Under the pieces are notes generated by a model. It was not told the origin of the DNA and ran no database searches. It was given only the letters and a program-made list of their open reading frames with translations. Both the position numbers and the translations under genes were made by a program. A stretch of 64,000 nt of DNA from Parcubacteria group bacterium (GTDB taxonomy: Bacteria > Patescibacteriota > Minisyncoccia > 2-02-FULL-40-12 > IGHO2-01-FULL-4-A). Below, in pieces: positions 1 through 9,409 of the stretch (positions are counted from its first letter, which is position 1; the number at the start of each line of letters is the position of its first letter). The stretch is taken from positions 28,746 to 92,745 of the forward strand of contig JBDRCU010000037.1 of NCBI GenBank assembly GCA_043821485.1, read 5' to 3'.

Positions 1-605
1 AGCAATGTTCGCGCATGCGTGCGGGATATTTTCCCACTGCGAAGCGAGTCTTTAATATTATCCGGCAAATCTAACAATCTCAAAGTATTGGCAACAACTT
101 CCCTGCTTTTACCTACTCGCGTAGCTATTACTTTTTGAGTCAGGCCAAAATCATTGGATAATCTTGCATAGGCATCTGCTTCTTCAAGCGGGCTAAGATC
201 TTCTCTCTGTAAATTCTCAACCAAAGCAACTTCCAGTTTAATTTTATCGTCGTCAAGATTATTCTTTATAATTACAGGTACATGAGGCATGCGCGCAAGC
301 TTGGCGGCACGCAACCTTCTCTCCCCTGCTATAAGTTCGTATTCAATATCGATACCTCTATTGGTTTCCTTCTCTACCTTGGATACGAGTAATGGCTGAA
401 GAACTCCATGTCTCTTAATCGACGCTGCAAGCTCCTTCAGGCCTGATTTATCAAATGCCTGTCTTGGCTGTTCGCTATTCGGCTGTATCTTGCCTGTCTC
501 AACATAGAAAATATCCTCTTTCTTATTTGGAACACTCTGAGGCGGTCTTGATTGTGTTGGTATCAATGATTCAAGTCCTTTACCCAAGCCAAATAGTTTC
601 TTCAT
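1..605 (-). CDS. parB: Chromosome partitioning protein ParB, partial; the C-terminus runs off the window start
   Basis: The reverse-strand translation starts MKKLFGLGKGLESLIP and contains a GERRLRAAKLA ParB-box-like motif. It lies immediately downstream of parA on the same strand. Confidence 0.8.
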   Translation of the reverse strand, partial: MKKLFGLGKGLESLIPTQSRPPQSVPNKKEDIFYVETGKIQPNSEQPRQAFDKSGLKELAASIKRHGVLQPLLVSKVEKETNRGIDIEYELIAGERRLRAAKLARMPHVPVIIKNNLDDDKIKLEVALVENLQREDLSPLEEADAYARLSNDFGLTQKVIATRVGKSREVVANTLRLLDLPDNIKDSLRSGKISRTHARTL

Positions 606-609
606 AATA

Positions 610-1371
610 TTATGTTAATTGTATAACTTCACGGGCTAGATCTCTATAGGCCCTGGCTCCCCTGGAACCTTCATCAAATTGCAATATTGACTTGCCATAT
701 CCTGGCGCTTCTGCAAGCGATACTGATCTTGGAATTATTGATTCAAATACTCTGCCTGAAAACTTCTTTTGCAATTCATTCAAAACTTGCCGTGATAAAG
801 TATTGCGCCTGTCATACATTGTAGGCAACACTCCATATATTTGCAATTGAGGATTGAGTTGCTGTCGGACAAGATCAATCGTCTTTGTTAATTGTCCTAA
901 TCCTTCAAGTGCATAGTATTCACATTGCACAGGGATTATGAGTCCTTCAGCTGCAACAAGACCATTGATTGTGAGTATCCCAAGAGACGGCGGACTATCA
1001 ATTATTATATAGTCATAATTCGTACGAACTTTATCCAAAACTTCTTTAAGCTTGGTCTCACGATCTTCCATACTAATAAGTTCTACGTTTGCTCCTGCAA
1101 GACTGGCAGCGGCAGGAAGAACATCAAAACCCAATATTGAACTTCTGCGTATCAAACTATTCGGTTCTTTATCTCCTATTAAACTATGATAAAGATTTCC
1201 ATGATGATCAGCCATTTCAATACCAAGTCCAGCTGTTGCATTTGCCTGCGGATCAAGATCAACCAGAAGCACATATTTACCTGATGCAGCTAAGTAAGCG
1301 CCAAGATTAATAGCAGTAGTGGTTTTGCCCACTCCACCCTTTGCATTAATTGTTGCCAAAATCCGAGCCAT
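610..1371 (-). CDS. parA: ParA/Soj chromosome partitioning ATPase
   Basis: The ORF begins MARILATINAKGGVGKTTTAINLGAYLA, which carries the deviant Walker A motif KGGVGKTT. It is a 253-aa protein sitting upstream of parB. Confidence 0.9.
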   Translation of the reverse strand: MARILATINAKGGVGKTTTAINLGAYLAASGKYVLLVDLDPQANATAGLGIEMADHHGNLYHSLIGDKEPNSLIRRSSILGFDVLPAAASLAGANVELISMEDRETKLKEVLDKVRTNYDYIIIDSPPSLGILTINGLVAAEGLIIPVQCEYYALEGLGQLTKTIDLVRQQLNPQLQIYGVLPTMYDRRNTLSRQVLNELQKKFSGRVFESIIPRSVSLAEAPGYGKSILQFDEGSRGARAYRDLAREVIQLT

Positions 1372-1469
1372 AGTATGACACTATGATACCGTTAATATTC
1401 TCTTGTGCCAAGAGTACAACGGAGACTCTACGTTGAAAAAACGGGGTTCAATGGTATAATCCAAAACAA

Positions 1470-1556
1470 GCCCGGGTGTTGGAATCGGTAGACAAGATGG
1501 TCTCAAAAACCATTGTCCGAAAGGGCGTGCGAGTTCGACTCTCGCCCCGGGCACCA
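1470..1556 (+). tRNA. tRNA-Leu (anticodon CAA), type II with long variable arm, CCA encoded
   Basis: The acceptor stem is GCCCGGG paired with CCCGGGC. The anticodon stem ATGGT/ACCAT carries a CTCAAAA loop. The T-arm is CGAGTTCGACTCTCG and the gene ends in ACCA. Confidence 0.85.
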
Positions 1557-1618
1557 ATCATATCCTTTATCAACACACTTTAAAAACTAAGCTTTTCTAT
1601 TTAAGGTATAATTACAAT

Positions 1619-2131
1619 ATGAATTCAAAAGGATTTACACTCGTAGAGCTAATAGTTTCAATTGCAATTGTTGGCATTCTTGTAGTAATGATAAATATCA
1701 GACTGGATACTGTTCGGGCTAATGATCGGAATGCAAAAAGGCTATCTGACTTATTATATATCTCAACAGCGCTTGAGATGTATTACGATGATAATGATGA
1801 ATACCCGCAGGGATGTTTGGGCACAAGCCCGTCCGGACATGGATCAGACTTTGGCGATTGCGACACGAATTACATCACAAATTTAATAAACTATATCGAC
1901 CCCCTTCCAATAGATCCTTCCGGAGATGATCAATACGGCTATACATATCAGGTATCTGAAGACGGACAAAACTATAAGCTAAGAAATTGGCGTACAGTTG
2001 AACGCATCACTGTAGACAGAGATCATGCTTTTGCAAAATGCGCGCCTCATTGCACAGATGCTCATTGCGATAATAGCAGAGCACAAAAAAGTTTCGCTAT
2101 TTATACAAGCGGATATGCTTGTGTACAGTAA
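1619..2131 (+). CDS. Type IV pilin-like / pseudopilin with a prepilin-type N-terminal cleavage-methylation domain
   Basis: The N-terminus reads MNSKG|FTLVELIVSIAIVGIL. This matches the prepilin pattern of G-F at the cleavage site, E at +5 and a hydrophobic helix. Confidence 0.8.
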   Translation: MNSKGFTLVELIVSIAIVGILVVMINIRLDTVRANDRNAKRLSDLLYISTALEMYYDDNDEYPQGCLGTSPSGHGSDFGDCDTNYITNLINYIDPLPIDPSGDDQYGYTYQVSEDGQNYKLRNWRTVERITVDRDHAFAKCAPHCTDAHCDNSRAQKSFAIYTSGYACVQ

Positions 2132-2956
2132 TTAATTTTTAATAGCAAGTCTTACAGCATTCTTAAGTGCTGAAGAGATACCGATTGGTCCCACTCCCCC
2201 GGGAACAGGCGTTATAATAGACGCTTTGTTTTTTACTTCTTCAAAAACAACATTTCCCACGATCTGGCCATCAATCTTTTCATATCCAAAATCAATCACA
2301 ATAGCGCCTTCAGCTACCATATCCCCTGTTATTATCCCTGCTTTGTTTGCACCGGCAATAATGATATCGGCATGAATACTATGTTCTTTCTGATCAAGAG
2401 TATGCTCATTTAATATAGTTACTGTTGCACCGAGTGACGCAAGCCAATGTGCAATGGGCTTGCCAATAAGGATGCCATAACCAAATACTTTGCAATTCTT
2501 ACCTTTGGGATCTACATTATACTTTTCAAAAATAGCCTTCACTGCTTCAACAGATGGAGGCAAAATTTCTGATCGCCCTACAAAAAATGATCCTTGTGCT
2601 TTCTGTGATAACATGTCAGGATCTTTTTCTTCCGGAATTGCATTAAGAACATATTGCGTATTGATAGCCTCTGGAAAAGGAAGCTCAGCTATTATTGCAT
2701 GGTTTACAGAAGACTTTGCAATATCAACTACTTTTTTGCGAAAGTTCTGGCTGGTGATATCAGCTTCCATCTCATAGATACGCGATTCAATGCCAATACT
2801 CTTCCCTGCAGTACGCTTCATCTCAAGATATTTTTTTGATTCAGGATTGCCGGAAACATAAATCATTGCCAAACGAAGAGGCTTTGATCGCGACTTTAAT
2901 AGTTCTGCAGTTTGAGCAAGTATTTCGTCAGCTATTTTTTTACCCTCAACAATCAT
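2132..2956 (-). CDS. folD: Bifunctional methylenetetrahydrofolate dehydrogenase / methenyl-THF cyclohydrolase FolD
   Basis: The 274-aa product contains the FolD-like motifs GKNCKVFGYGILIGKPIA and PVPGGVGPIG. Confidence 0.88.
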   Translation of the reverse strand: MIVEGKKIADEILAQTAELLKSRSKPLRLAMIYVSGNPESKKYLEMKRTAGKSIGIESRIYEMEADITSQNFRKKVVDIAKSSVNHAIIAELPFPEAINTQYVLNAIPEEKDPDMLSQKAQGSFFVGRSEILPPSVEAVKAIFEKYNVDPKGKNCKVFGYGILIGKPIAHWLASLGATVTILNEHTLDQKEHSIHADIIIAGANKAGIITGDMVAEGAIVIDFGYEKIDGQIVGNVVFEEVKNKASIITPVPGGVGPIGISSALKNAVRLAIKN

Positions 2957-2961
2957 ATGGA

Positions 2962-3606
2962 TTAAAATTTTGTATTAAGAATCTTCTCTAAATCTGCAGG
3001 CTTAGCCGGACCTATTCGAAGGATGCGTGGTTTAATTTTTGAAAAATCAATTATGGTGGAAGGCGTGGACGAAGGCAATACTCCGGCATCTAATATCAGA
3101 TCGGGTTTCCACAATTGATCCTTGAATGATTCCAGTATCTTAGCTGGATCATCTGAACCTGCTTCTCCTGAAATATTAGCAGAAGTTACAGCAAGTGGAT
3201 AGCCGAATTTACCAAGAATTGAATCTATAAGAGGATAATCCGGAATACGGACAGCTACAGTTGGCTTTCCTTGCGTAACGTCATTGGGTATTATTGCTTT
3301 TTTTATAAGGACAACTGTTATTGGTCCGGGCCAAAGCTTATCCAAAACTGATTCAAGTTTCGGAGGAATAAAAGCAACTTCACGCAACCATTTCATATTA
3401 CGAACAAAAACTGGAAGAGGCTTAGTGCTAGACCTGCCTTTAATCTTATACAACTGCCTTGCCACATACGGATCGCATGCATTACATCCAAGCCCGTATA
3501 CTGTATCTGTTGGAAATACAACTGATCCGCCTTTCTTAAAGACATCAACAGCTGCGCGCACAGCATCAATATTATCTCCTTTTTGATTAAGTCGAATAAT
3601 TTTCAT
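2962..3606 (-). CDS. tsaC: L-threonylcarbamoyladenylate synthase (YrdC/Sua5 family, TsaC)
   Basis: The YrdC-domain motif FPTDTVYGLGCNA is present. The product is 214 aa. Confidence 0.85.
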   Translation of the reverse strand: MKIIRLNQKGDNIDAVRAAVDVFKKGGSVVFPTDTVYGLGCNACDPYVARQLYKIKGRSSTKPLPVFVRNMKWLREVAFIPPKLESVLDKLWPGPITVVLIKKAIIPNDVTQGKPTVAVRIPDYPLIDSILGKFGYPLAVTSANISGEAGSDDPAKILESFKDQLWKPDLILDAGVLPSSTPSTIIDFSKIKPRILRIGPAKPADLEKILNTKF

Positions 3607-3610
3607 AATA

Positions 3611-4618
3611 CTATTTCAATCCTGAGTCTGTCTCTATAGCAAGAGAGCTCAAACCTGCATTTATTAATCTTTTATTATATCCAGGTATTATACGTCCTTC
3701 AGGAGAAGACGGATGAAATTCAAGCTGGTTGTCATTGTACGTAATGCGTCCTTTATTCACAGACTTCTTATTTCCTGATTCAATTCTTCGTATTTGATAT
3801 GATCGTATATGCTTTTCTATAAATTTACCAATAGACAAATCCAAAATCCATTCAAATGTATTAGCAATCCAGCTTGGCTTAATATCTGTCATTTCTGTAT
3901 CCCATCTATATATATAATCCAGTAACCATCTGTTTTGTTCTTTAAACTCAATAACAATATCATCATTCAATGCCAGCATTGGAATAAGATTTGCATAGAG
4001 CTGTGCAGTATACATACTATGAAATGGAATATCCAAAGATTTATCAGTTATGAAATGATTTGCGCAAACTTTATCAGGCGCAATAAAATGTTTATTTGTG
4101 CGTCGCACTCCAAGACACGACAAAACAAATGATATCAAAAAACGCACTGTCCATATGTATCCTTTTCGCGTAATTACGAATATATCAAGGTCGCTCAATT
4201 CACTGGTATTACCCAAAGCAAGCGAACCAGAAGCAGAAATTGCTTTTACAAATGGCACGTGTCTCAACCACGAAACTGCATCCTTGGTTTTATCAATCTT
4301 ATCCCCTGCTAAGCGATACTTCTTTCTGCGAAGCGGGATAAGATATCTACGACCAAAGAGAAAATAGAAATTTCTGAATTTTGATACATTGCCTTGATTA
4401 ACAAGCCTATCAAGCGAATCTCTGACAGCATTCTCGCTAATATCTGATGGATCGTTATCTCCCCTGTTATTGCCACTCTCTGAATGCCTAATTTTCACCA
4501 AATATCTAAAAACCTCCCTTGCAGTCAAAGGCCAGTCCAAAGTGTCATAATATGCCAATGTTGCTATGATATTGTTTTCCACTATTGCAAGCCTAGCCGA
4601 AAACGTATCATTTAACAA
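3611..4618 (-). CDS. Polymerase-beta-superfamily nucleotidyltransferase domain protein (function unknown)
   Basis: The motif GSLALGNTSELSDLDIFVI fits the GS-x(n)-[DE]h[DE]h nucleotidyltransferase signature. The product is 335 aa. Confidence 0.55.
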   Translation of the reverse strand: MLNDTFSARLAIVENNIIATLAYYDTLDWPLTAREVFRYLVKIRHSESGNNRGDNDPSDISENAVRDSLDRLVNQGNVSKFRNFYFLFGRRYLIPLRRKKYRLAGDKIDKTKDAVSWLRHVPFVKAISASGSLALGNTSELSDLDIFVITRKGYIWTVRFLISFVLSCLGVRRTNKHFIAPDKVCANHFITDKSLDIPFHSMYTAQLYANLIPMLALNDDIVIEFKEQNRWLLDYIYRWDTEMTDIKPSWIANTFEWILDLSIGKFIEKHIRSYQIRRIESGNKKSVNKGRITYNDNQLEFHPSSPEGRIIPGYNKRLINAGLSSLAIETDSGLK

Positions 4619-4646
4619 TATCGTCTAATCCTGCTATAATATCTCT

Positions 4647-4985
4647 ATGTACGTTATTCGAATATTACTTGCAAACATTGTAGCAGTCTGGGTTGCCGAC
4701 TATTTTATAGACGGCTTTTGGGTTTCAGGAGACTTGAAAGAACTCCTCATTGCTGGTATCATCCTGGGGCTGATATTCCTGATCATAAAGCCTTTACTCA
4801 AGCTTGTTTCGCTCCCTTTGATCTGGATCACAGCAGGGCTATTCACCCTCGTAATATATGGCTTTCTCATCTGGGTTGTAGCTTATTTCATGTCCTCAAT
4901 GTCAGTGGCCCTATATATGCCACTGATCTGGGCGACTCTCATAATAGCGATAATCAATTACATAGCCAGAGGATTCAAACTCTAA
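4647..4985 (+). CDS. Small integral membrane protein, DUF360/YvlD-like (phage-holin family IV-like)
   Basis: The 112-aa product has 3-4 predicted TM helices. The GDLKELLIAGIILGLIFLIIKPLL pattern is typical of this family. Confidence 0.5.
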   Translation: MYVIRILLANIVAVWVADYFIDGFWVSGDLKELLIAGIILGLIFLIIKPLLKLVSLPLIWITAGLFTLVIYGFLIWVVAYFMSSMSVALYMPLIWATLIIAIINYIARGFKL

Positions 4986-4998
4986 GGCTTCAAAAAAT

Positions 4999-5217
4999 AT
5001 GGATGCATTTACGATTATTCAAACCTCCCTTGCTATCCTTTTGATAGTAACTATATTACTACAGCAAAAAGGCGCAGGCATGGGCGGTGCGATAGGAGGC
5101 GCTGGTTCAGAAGCAGGTTTTTCAACACGACGCGGTACAGAAAAAACGGTATTCACCGCAAGTATTATTATTGGTATTCTCTTTTTTGCTTTTTCTGTAA
5201 CTAGACTACTTCTATAG
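4999..5217 (+). CDS. secG: Preprotein translocase subunit SecG
   Basis: The 72-aa product has two TM segments joined by a Gly-rich loop, LLQQKGAGMGGAIGGAGSEAGFSTRRG. Confidence 0.7.
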   Translation: MDAFTIIQTSLAILLIVTILLQQKGAGMGGAIGGAGSEAGFSTRRGTEKTVFTASIIIGILFFAFSVTRLLL

Positions 5218-5262
5218 GTTCCTCTTTTGATATGCATAACTCCTAGTTACGCATTTTAATTT

Positions 5263-7101
5263 ATGTCTGCTTACGACTTCAAACAATTAGATAATTTTTT
5301 CACCGGTAAAAACAAAGATAAAATTATATCTGGGAAATTTCATTTCATAACAAAACACTTCCCTACCAAAAAACAATTCCTGTACTTACCGAAGGTTCTT
5401 TCCCAAAAAGAAAGATACGCACTGCTTGCATCCATACTCGTAGCAGTCATTGCACTAATAACAATTCCCGTATGTGCCTACTACCACTTTACAGAACCAA
5501 CTCCTACCCATGGGGGGTCTTTCACCGAAGGCATCCTTGGAGAACCGCAAAACATTAATCCTTTACTCATCAATACAAGAGAGGTAGACACCGATCTTGT
5601 CCGATTAATATATTCCGGATTAGTCAGACTAGATGACAAAGGAAACATCCATCCTGGATTGGCAGAATCCTATACCATTTCAGATAGCGGTCTTGAATAC
5701 ACCTTCAATCTTCGACAGGATGCATTATGGCATGACGGTACTCCTGTTACAGCTGATGATATAGTATTCACTATACTCACGGTGCAAAATCTCGATGTTG
5801 ACAGTCCTCAAAGACTCAATTGGCAAGGAGTGGACGTTGAAAAAATTGACGAACAAACAATCAAATTAACTCTAAAAAACCCTCTTGCCCAATTCATCTA
5901 TACAACAACCATGGGAATTCTCCCTAAGCATGTATGGGAATCTGTATCTGCAGAAAATTTCAAAAGCACGAATCTGAATATCGAAGCAATAGGCTCAGGC
6001 CCTTATCGAATTAATGATATCGGACGAGGTGGAGGAGGAAGTGTTACTTCTATGACATTATCTTCATTCAGAAACTACTATTTAGAAGGGCCGTATATAG
6101 CAAAAATAGAGTTACATTTTTTTACGTCGCTTGATGATATGATATCAGCATATAATTCTGGCAAGATAGATACGATCGAGTTGCCTCTGCAAAGACGTCT
6201 TAGCGATCTTAATATCTCACAAAGATCAAAGATACAAACCGTAGACCAACACAGCTATTTCACTGTATTCTTTAACGAAAACCAAAATGAGATCTTTGCC
6301 GAAGATGACATACGTCTGGCATTGAATTATGGTACAGATAAACAAGCCATAATTGATACAGAACTTCTAGGACATGGCAGTGTTGTGGATTCTCCCTTAC
6401 TCCCTAAAATAACTGGAATAGAAAAACCTGAAAATATTTATCCTTACGATCAATCCCTTGGAATACATCTCCTTGAAAAAAATAACTGGAATATTTCCGG
6501 AGACCAAAAGATTCGTGAAAGGCTGAACGAATCCACAGAAGACGTCGAACAACTTTCCATAAAGCTAACCACACTCAATATGCTTGGCCTGCCGGAAGTA
6601 GCAGGAGAACTCAAATCCCAATGGGAAGAACTGGGATTCTCCGTCACAATAGAAACTCTATCAATACCCGAAATTCAAAAAGTAATTCAAGAACGAGACT
6701 TTGAGGCATTCCTATTCGGTGAAGTTATCCCCCTTGGATTAAACCAATTCAGTTTCTGGCATTCATCACAATCTCGATCCCCCGGTCTGAATATAGCCCT
6801 CTATGACAATCCCAGCGTAGACAAACTTCTTGAAGAAGCTAGGAGAACCATGGACGAGGTTAAACGCCTTGAAAAATACAATGAAATACAAAATATAATT
6901 ATTGGGGACGCTCCCGTAGTATTCCTATACAGCCCCAAGTACCTGTATATACAGCCTTCTGCCATAAAAAATGGTGAAATAACAGTAATCAATACTTCTC
7001 CTGATAGATTCAATGATATCCATGAATGGTACATAGAAACCAAGCGCATAAGGCCTACGGCAGACAAAACAACCCCTACTCCATCTCAAGACTTGCAATA
7101 A
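5263..7101 (+). CDS. ABC transporter substrate-binding protein, family 5 (peptide/nickel, OppA/DppA-like), membrane anchored
   Basis: An N-terminal TM anchor is followed by a conserved SBP_bac_5-like N-lobe, ILGEPQNINPLL...YSGLVRLDDKGNIHPGLAESY...WHDGTPVTADDIVFT. Confidence 0.78.
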   Translation: MSAYDFKQLDNFFTGKNKDKIISGKFHFITKHFPTKKQFLYLPKVLSQKERYALLASILVAVIALITIPVCAYYHFTEPTPTHGGSFTEGILGEPQNINPLLINTREVDTDLVRLIYSGLVRLDDKGNIHPGLAESYTISDSGLEYTFNLRQDALWHDGTPVTADDIVFTILTVQNLDVDSPQRLNWQGVDVEKIDEQTIKLTLKNPLAQFIYTTTMGILPKHVWESVSAENFKSTNLNIEAIGSGPYRINDIGRGGGGSVTSMTLSSFRNYYLEGPYIAKIELHFFTSLDDMISAYNSGKIDTIELPLQRRLSDLNISQRSKIQTVDQHSYFTVFFNENQNEIFAEDDIRLALNYGTDKQAIIDTELLGHGSVVDSPLLPKITGIEKPENIYPYDQSLGIHLLEKNNWNISGDQKIRERLNESTEDVEQLSIKLTTLNMLGLPEVAGELKSQWEELGFSVTIETLSIPEIQKVIQERDFEAFLFGEVIPLGLNQFSFWHSSQSRSPGLNIALYDNPSVDKLLEEARRTMDEVKRLEKYNEIQNIIIGDAPVVFLYSPKYLYIQPSAIKNGEITVINTSPDRFNDIHEWYIETKRIRPTADKTTPTPSQDLQ

Positions 7102-7202
7102 ATCAGATACTTGATATAATAGGCATACCATTAAACAGCATCTCGATTATTAAGACTTACTTACGATAAGCAACTTCTCTCTATATAGTTATGTTTCTTT
7201 TT

Positions 7203-7286
7203 GCCCGGGTGGTGGAATTGGCAGACACGCAGCGTTCAGAACGCTGTGAGCGCAAGCTCATGCGAGTTCGAGTCTCGCCTCGGGCA
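7203..7286 (+). tRNA. tRNA-Leu (anticodon CAG), type II
   Basis: The acceptor GCCCGGG/CTCGGGC has one G-U pair. The anticodon stem CAGCG/CGCTG carries a TTCAGAA loop. There is a long variable arm and a GCGAGTTCGAGTCTCGC T-arm. No CCA is encoded. Confidence 0.85.
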
Positions 7287-7372
7287 CAGCACTCTAAACT
7301 AGATATTAATTAATAGGACTCTCTCATCTGGCTCATATCAAATGTGCCAAGTGCAAATGTCCAAACTAAAGA

Positions 7373-9319
7373 ATGACAGGAAATAAATCGAAAGCACGCG
7401 TCCAGCTGGACGCAGAACCGGTCGAACCTAAAGAAGGAATCAAAAAAAATACATCCAGACGCAGACATATTCGCAGATCATCGAGTCCGTCTTCGCATGT
7501 AAAAGATACAATAAGGACTGCTCGCAGTGAATCCCAGACATCTCCGCGCAGAGCAACTCGCAAAGGACCTCGCCTGCGAGACAATCGCCGGCCTCCAAGC
7601 GGACTTAAACAATTAGTCCGGCTCAAACGTAAAACCAAAGATACTGCAGAAGGCTATGACGATTCACTAAAATATACTCCTCTGGGAGGTCTCGGTGAAA
7701 TCGGACGAAATATGGCTGTACTAGAATACAAGGATGAGATACTTCTCATTGATGCTGGTTTTGGTTTTCCAGAAAATGACCAACCCGGAATTGATTACAA
7801 TATTCCGAACATCAATTATCTAAAGGGTAAAGAGAAAAAAATTCAGGCACTTCTGATAACTCATGGTCACTATGATCACATTGGCGCACTCCCTTACATA
7901 ATGGACAAAATCGGCAATCCACCGATCTACTCATCACGGCTTACGGGAGCAATCGTAAAAAAACGCCATCTGGAATTCCCCCATCTTCCAGAGCTTGATA
8001 TAACAGAGGTTGACCACAAAGACACTATTAAGGTTGGCCAGTACTTTGAAATAGAATTTGTGCATGTTAATCACAATATGCCTGAAGACTTAGCTATGTA
8101 CATCAAAACTCCTGCAGGAACCATATTCCATACAAGTGATTTTAAATTTGATCCAACACCTCTTAATGAAGCTCCTACAGATATCGAATATCTTAAAGAA
8201 GTTGGAAAACGCGGAATCACATTACTTTTGTCTGATTCAACTGGAGCAGAAAAGCCTGGCGAATCAATATCAGAATCAGAAATTAGCAAAAACTTGGAAG
8301 AAATATACAAAACAGCCAAAGGCAGAATCATAGCGGCAACATTCGCATCCCTGATAAACCGTGTCCAACAAATGATTACATTGTCCGAAAAATATGGAAG
8401 AAAAGTAATCATAGATGGCTATAGTATGAAAAGTAATATAGAAATAATGAAAGAGCTTGGAGAAATCAGAATGAAAAAAGATACCCAAATCACTCCTGAC
8501 CAAATAGACAATTATCCCGACAATCAGATAATGGTAATTGGAACAGGTGCGCAAGGAGAAGAACGCGCTGTTATGATGCGCATTGCTTCTGGCGAACATA
8601 GACACGTAAGACTCCGCGCCGAAGATACTGTAATATTTTCATCTTCCGTAATTCCGGGGAATGAACGAACTGTACAGCGCTTACAGGATTTACTCTATAG
8701 AATGGATGTAAATGTATTCCATTATCAAATGATGGACATCCATGCAGGTGGTCATGCACTTCAGGATGATTTGAGAAAAATGATACAAATAATGAAGCCT
8801 AAATTCTTCATGCCTATTCACGGATATTATTCAATGATGGTTGTTCATGGCAGATTGGCACAGGAAGAAGGTATAAGCAAAGATAATGTACTCATTCCTG
8901 ACAATGGAAATATTATCCATATAACACCTAATGAATGGTGGTACGACAAGAAATCCGCAGAAATAGAGAACATCATGGTAGATGGTCTGGGCGTTGGAGA
9001 TGTCGGCAATGTTGTCATTCGAGACAGACAAGTACTTGCAGAAGAAGGCATGTTTGTAATCATTTCTCTAATCAATGGCCGAACAGGTGCAGTACAAGGA
9101 AGCCCTGATATCATTTCACGCGGATTTGTCTATCTTAAAGATAATAAGGAACTTCTGACAGAAGTACGCAACAAGGTTAAAGAGATTGTAAAGAAAACCA
9201 CCACAAGACCAATCAATACAACTGATCTCAAAAATAGTATCCGTGAAGAAATTGGTTTATTCCTTTTCAAAAAGACAGAACGACGTCCGATGATATTGCC
9301 TGTCGTGATAGAAGTGTAA
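7373..9319 (+). CDS. rnj: Ribonuclease J (metallo-beta-lactamase / beta-CASP) with an N-terminal Arg/Ser-rich extension of about 100 aa
   Basis: The core starts LKYTPLGGLGEIGRNMAVLEY and carries the zinc-binding motif HGHYDHIG. Confidence 0.88.
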   Translation: MTGNKSKARVQLDAEPVEPKEGIKKNTSRRRHIRRSSSPSSHVKDTIRTARSESQTSPRRATRKGPRLRDNRRPPSGLKQLVRLKRKTKDTAEGYDDSLKYTPLGGLGEIGRNMAVLEYKDEILLIDAGFGFPENDQPGIDYNIPNINYLKGKEKKIQALLITHGHYDHIGALPYIMDKIGNPPIYSSRLTGAIVKKRHLEFPHLPELDITEVDHKDTIKVGQYFEIEFVHVNHNMPEDLAMYIKTPAGTIFHTSDFKFDPTPLNEAPTDIEYLKEVGKRGITLLLSDSTGAEKPGESISESEISKNLEEIYKTAKGRIIAATFASLINRVQQMITLSEKYGRKVIIDGYSMKSNIEIMKELGEIRMKKDTQITPDQIDNYPDNQIMVIGTGAQGEERAVMMRIASGEHRHVRLRAEDTVIFSSSVIPGNERTVQRLQDLLYRMDVNVFHYQMMDIHAGGHALQDDLRKMIQIMKPKFFMPIHGYYSMMVVHGRLAQEEGISKDNVLIPDNGNIIHITPNEWWYDKKSAEIENIMVDGLGVGDVGNVVIRDRQVLAEEGMFVIISLINGRTGAVQGSPDIISRGFVYLKDNKELLTEVRNKVKEIVKKTTTRPINTTDLKNSIREEIGLFLFKKTERRPMILPVVIEV

Positions 9320-9409
9320 AACGTAAGAAAATCTTGATATTTTCGTCATATTCTATACAATATATCCCCCTCTAAATAGCTAATGCTACAGGGAGGGAGA
9401 TATTTTATT

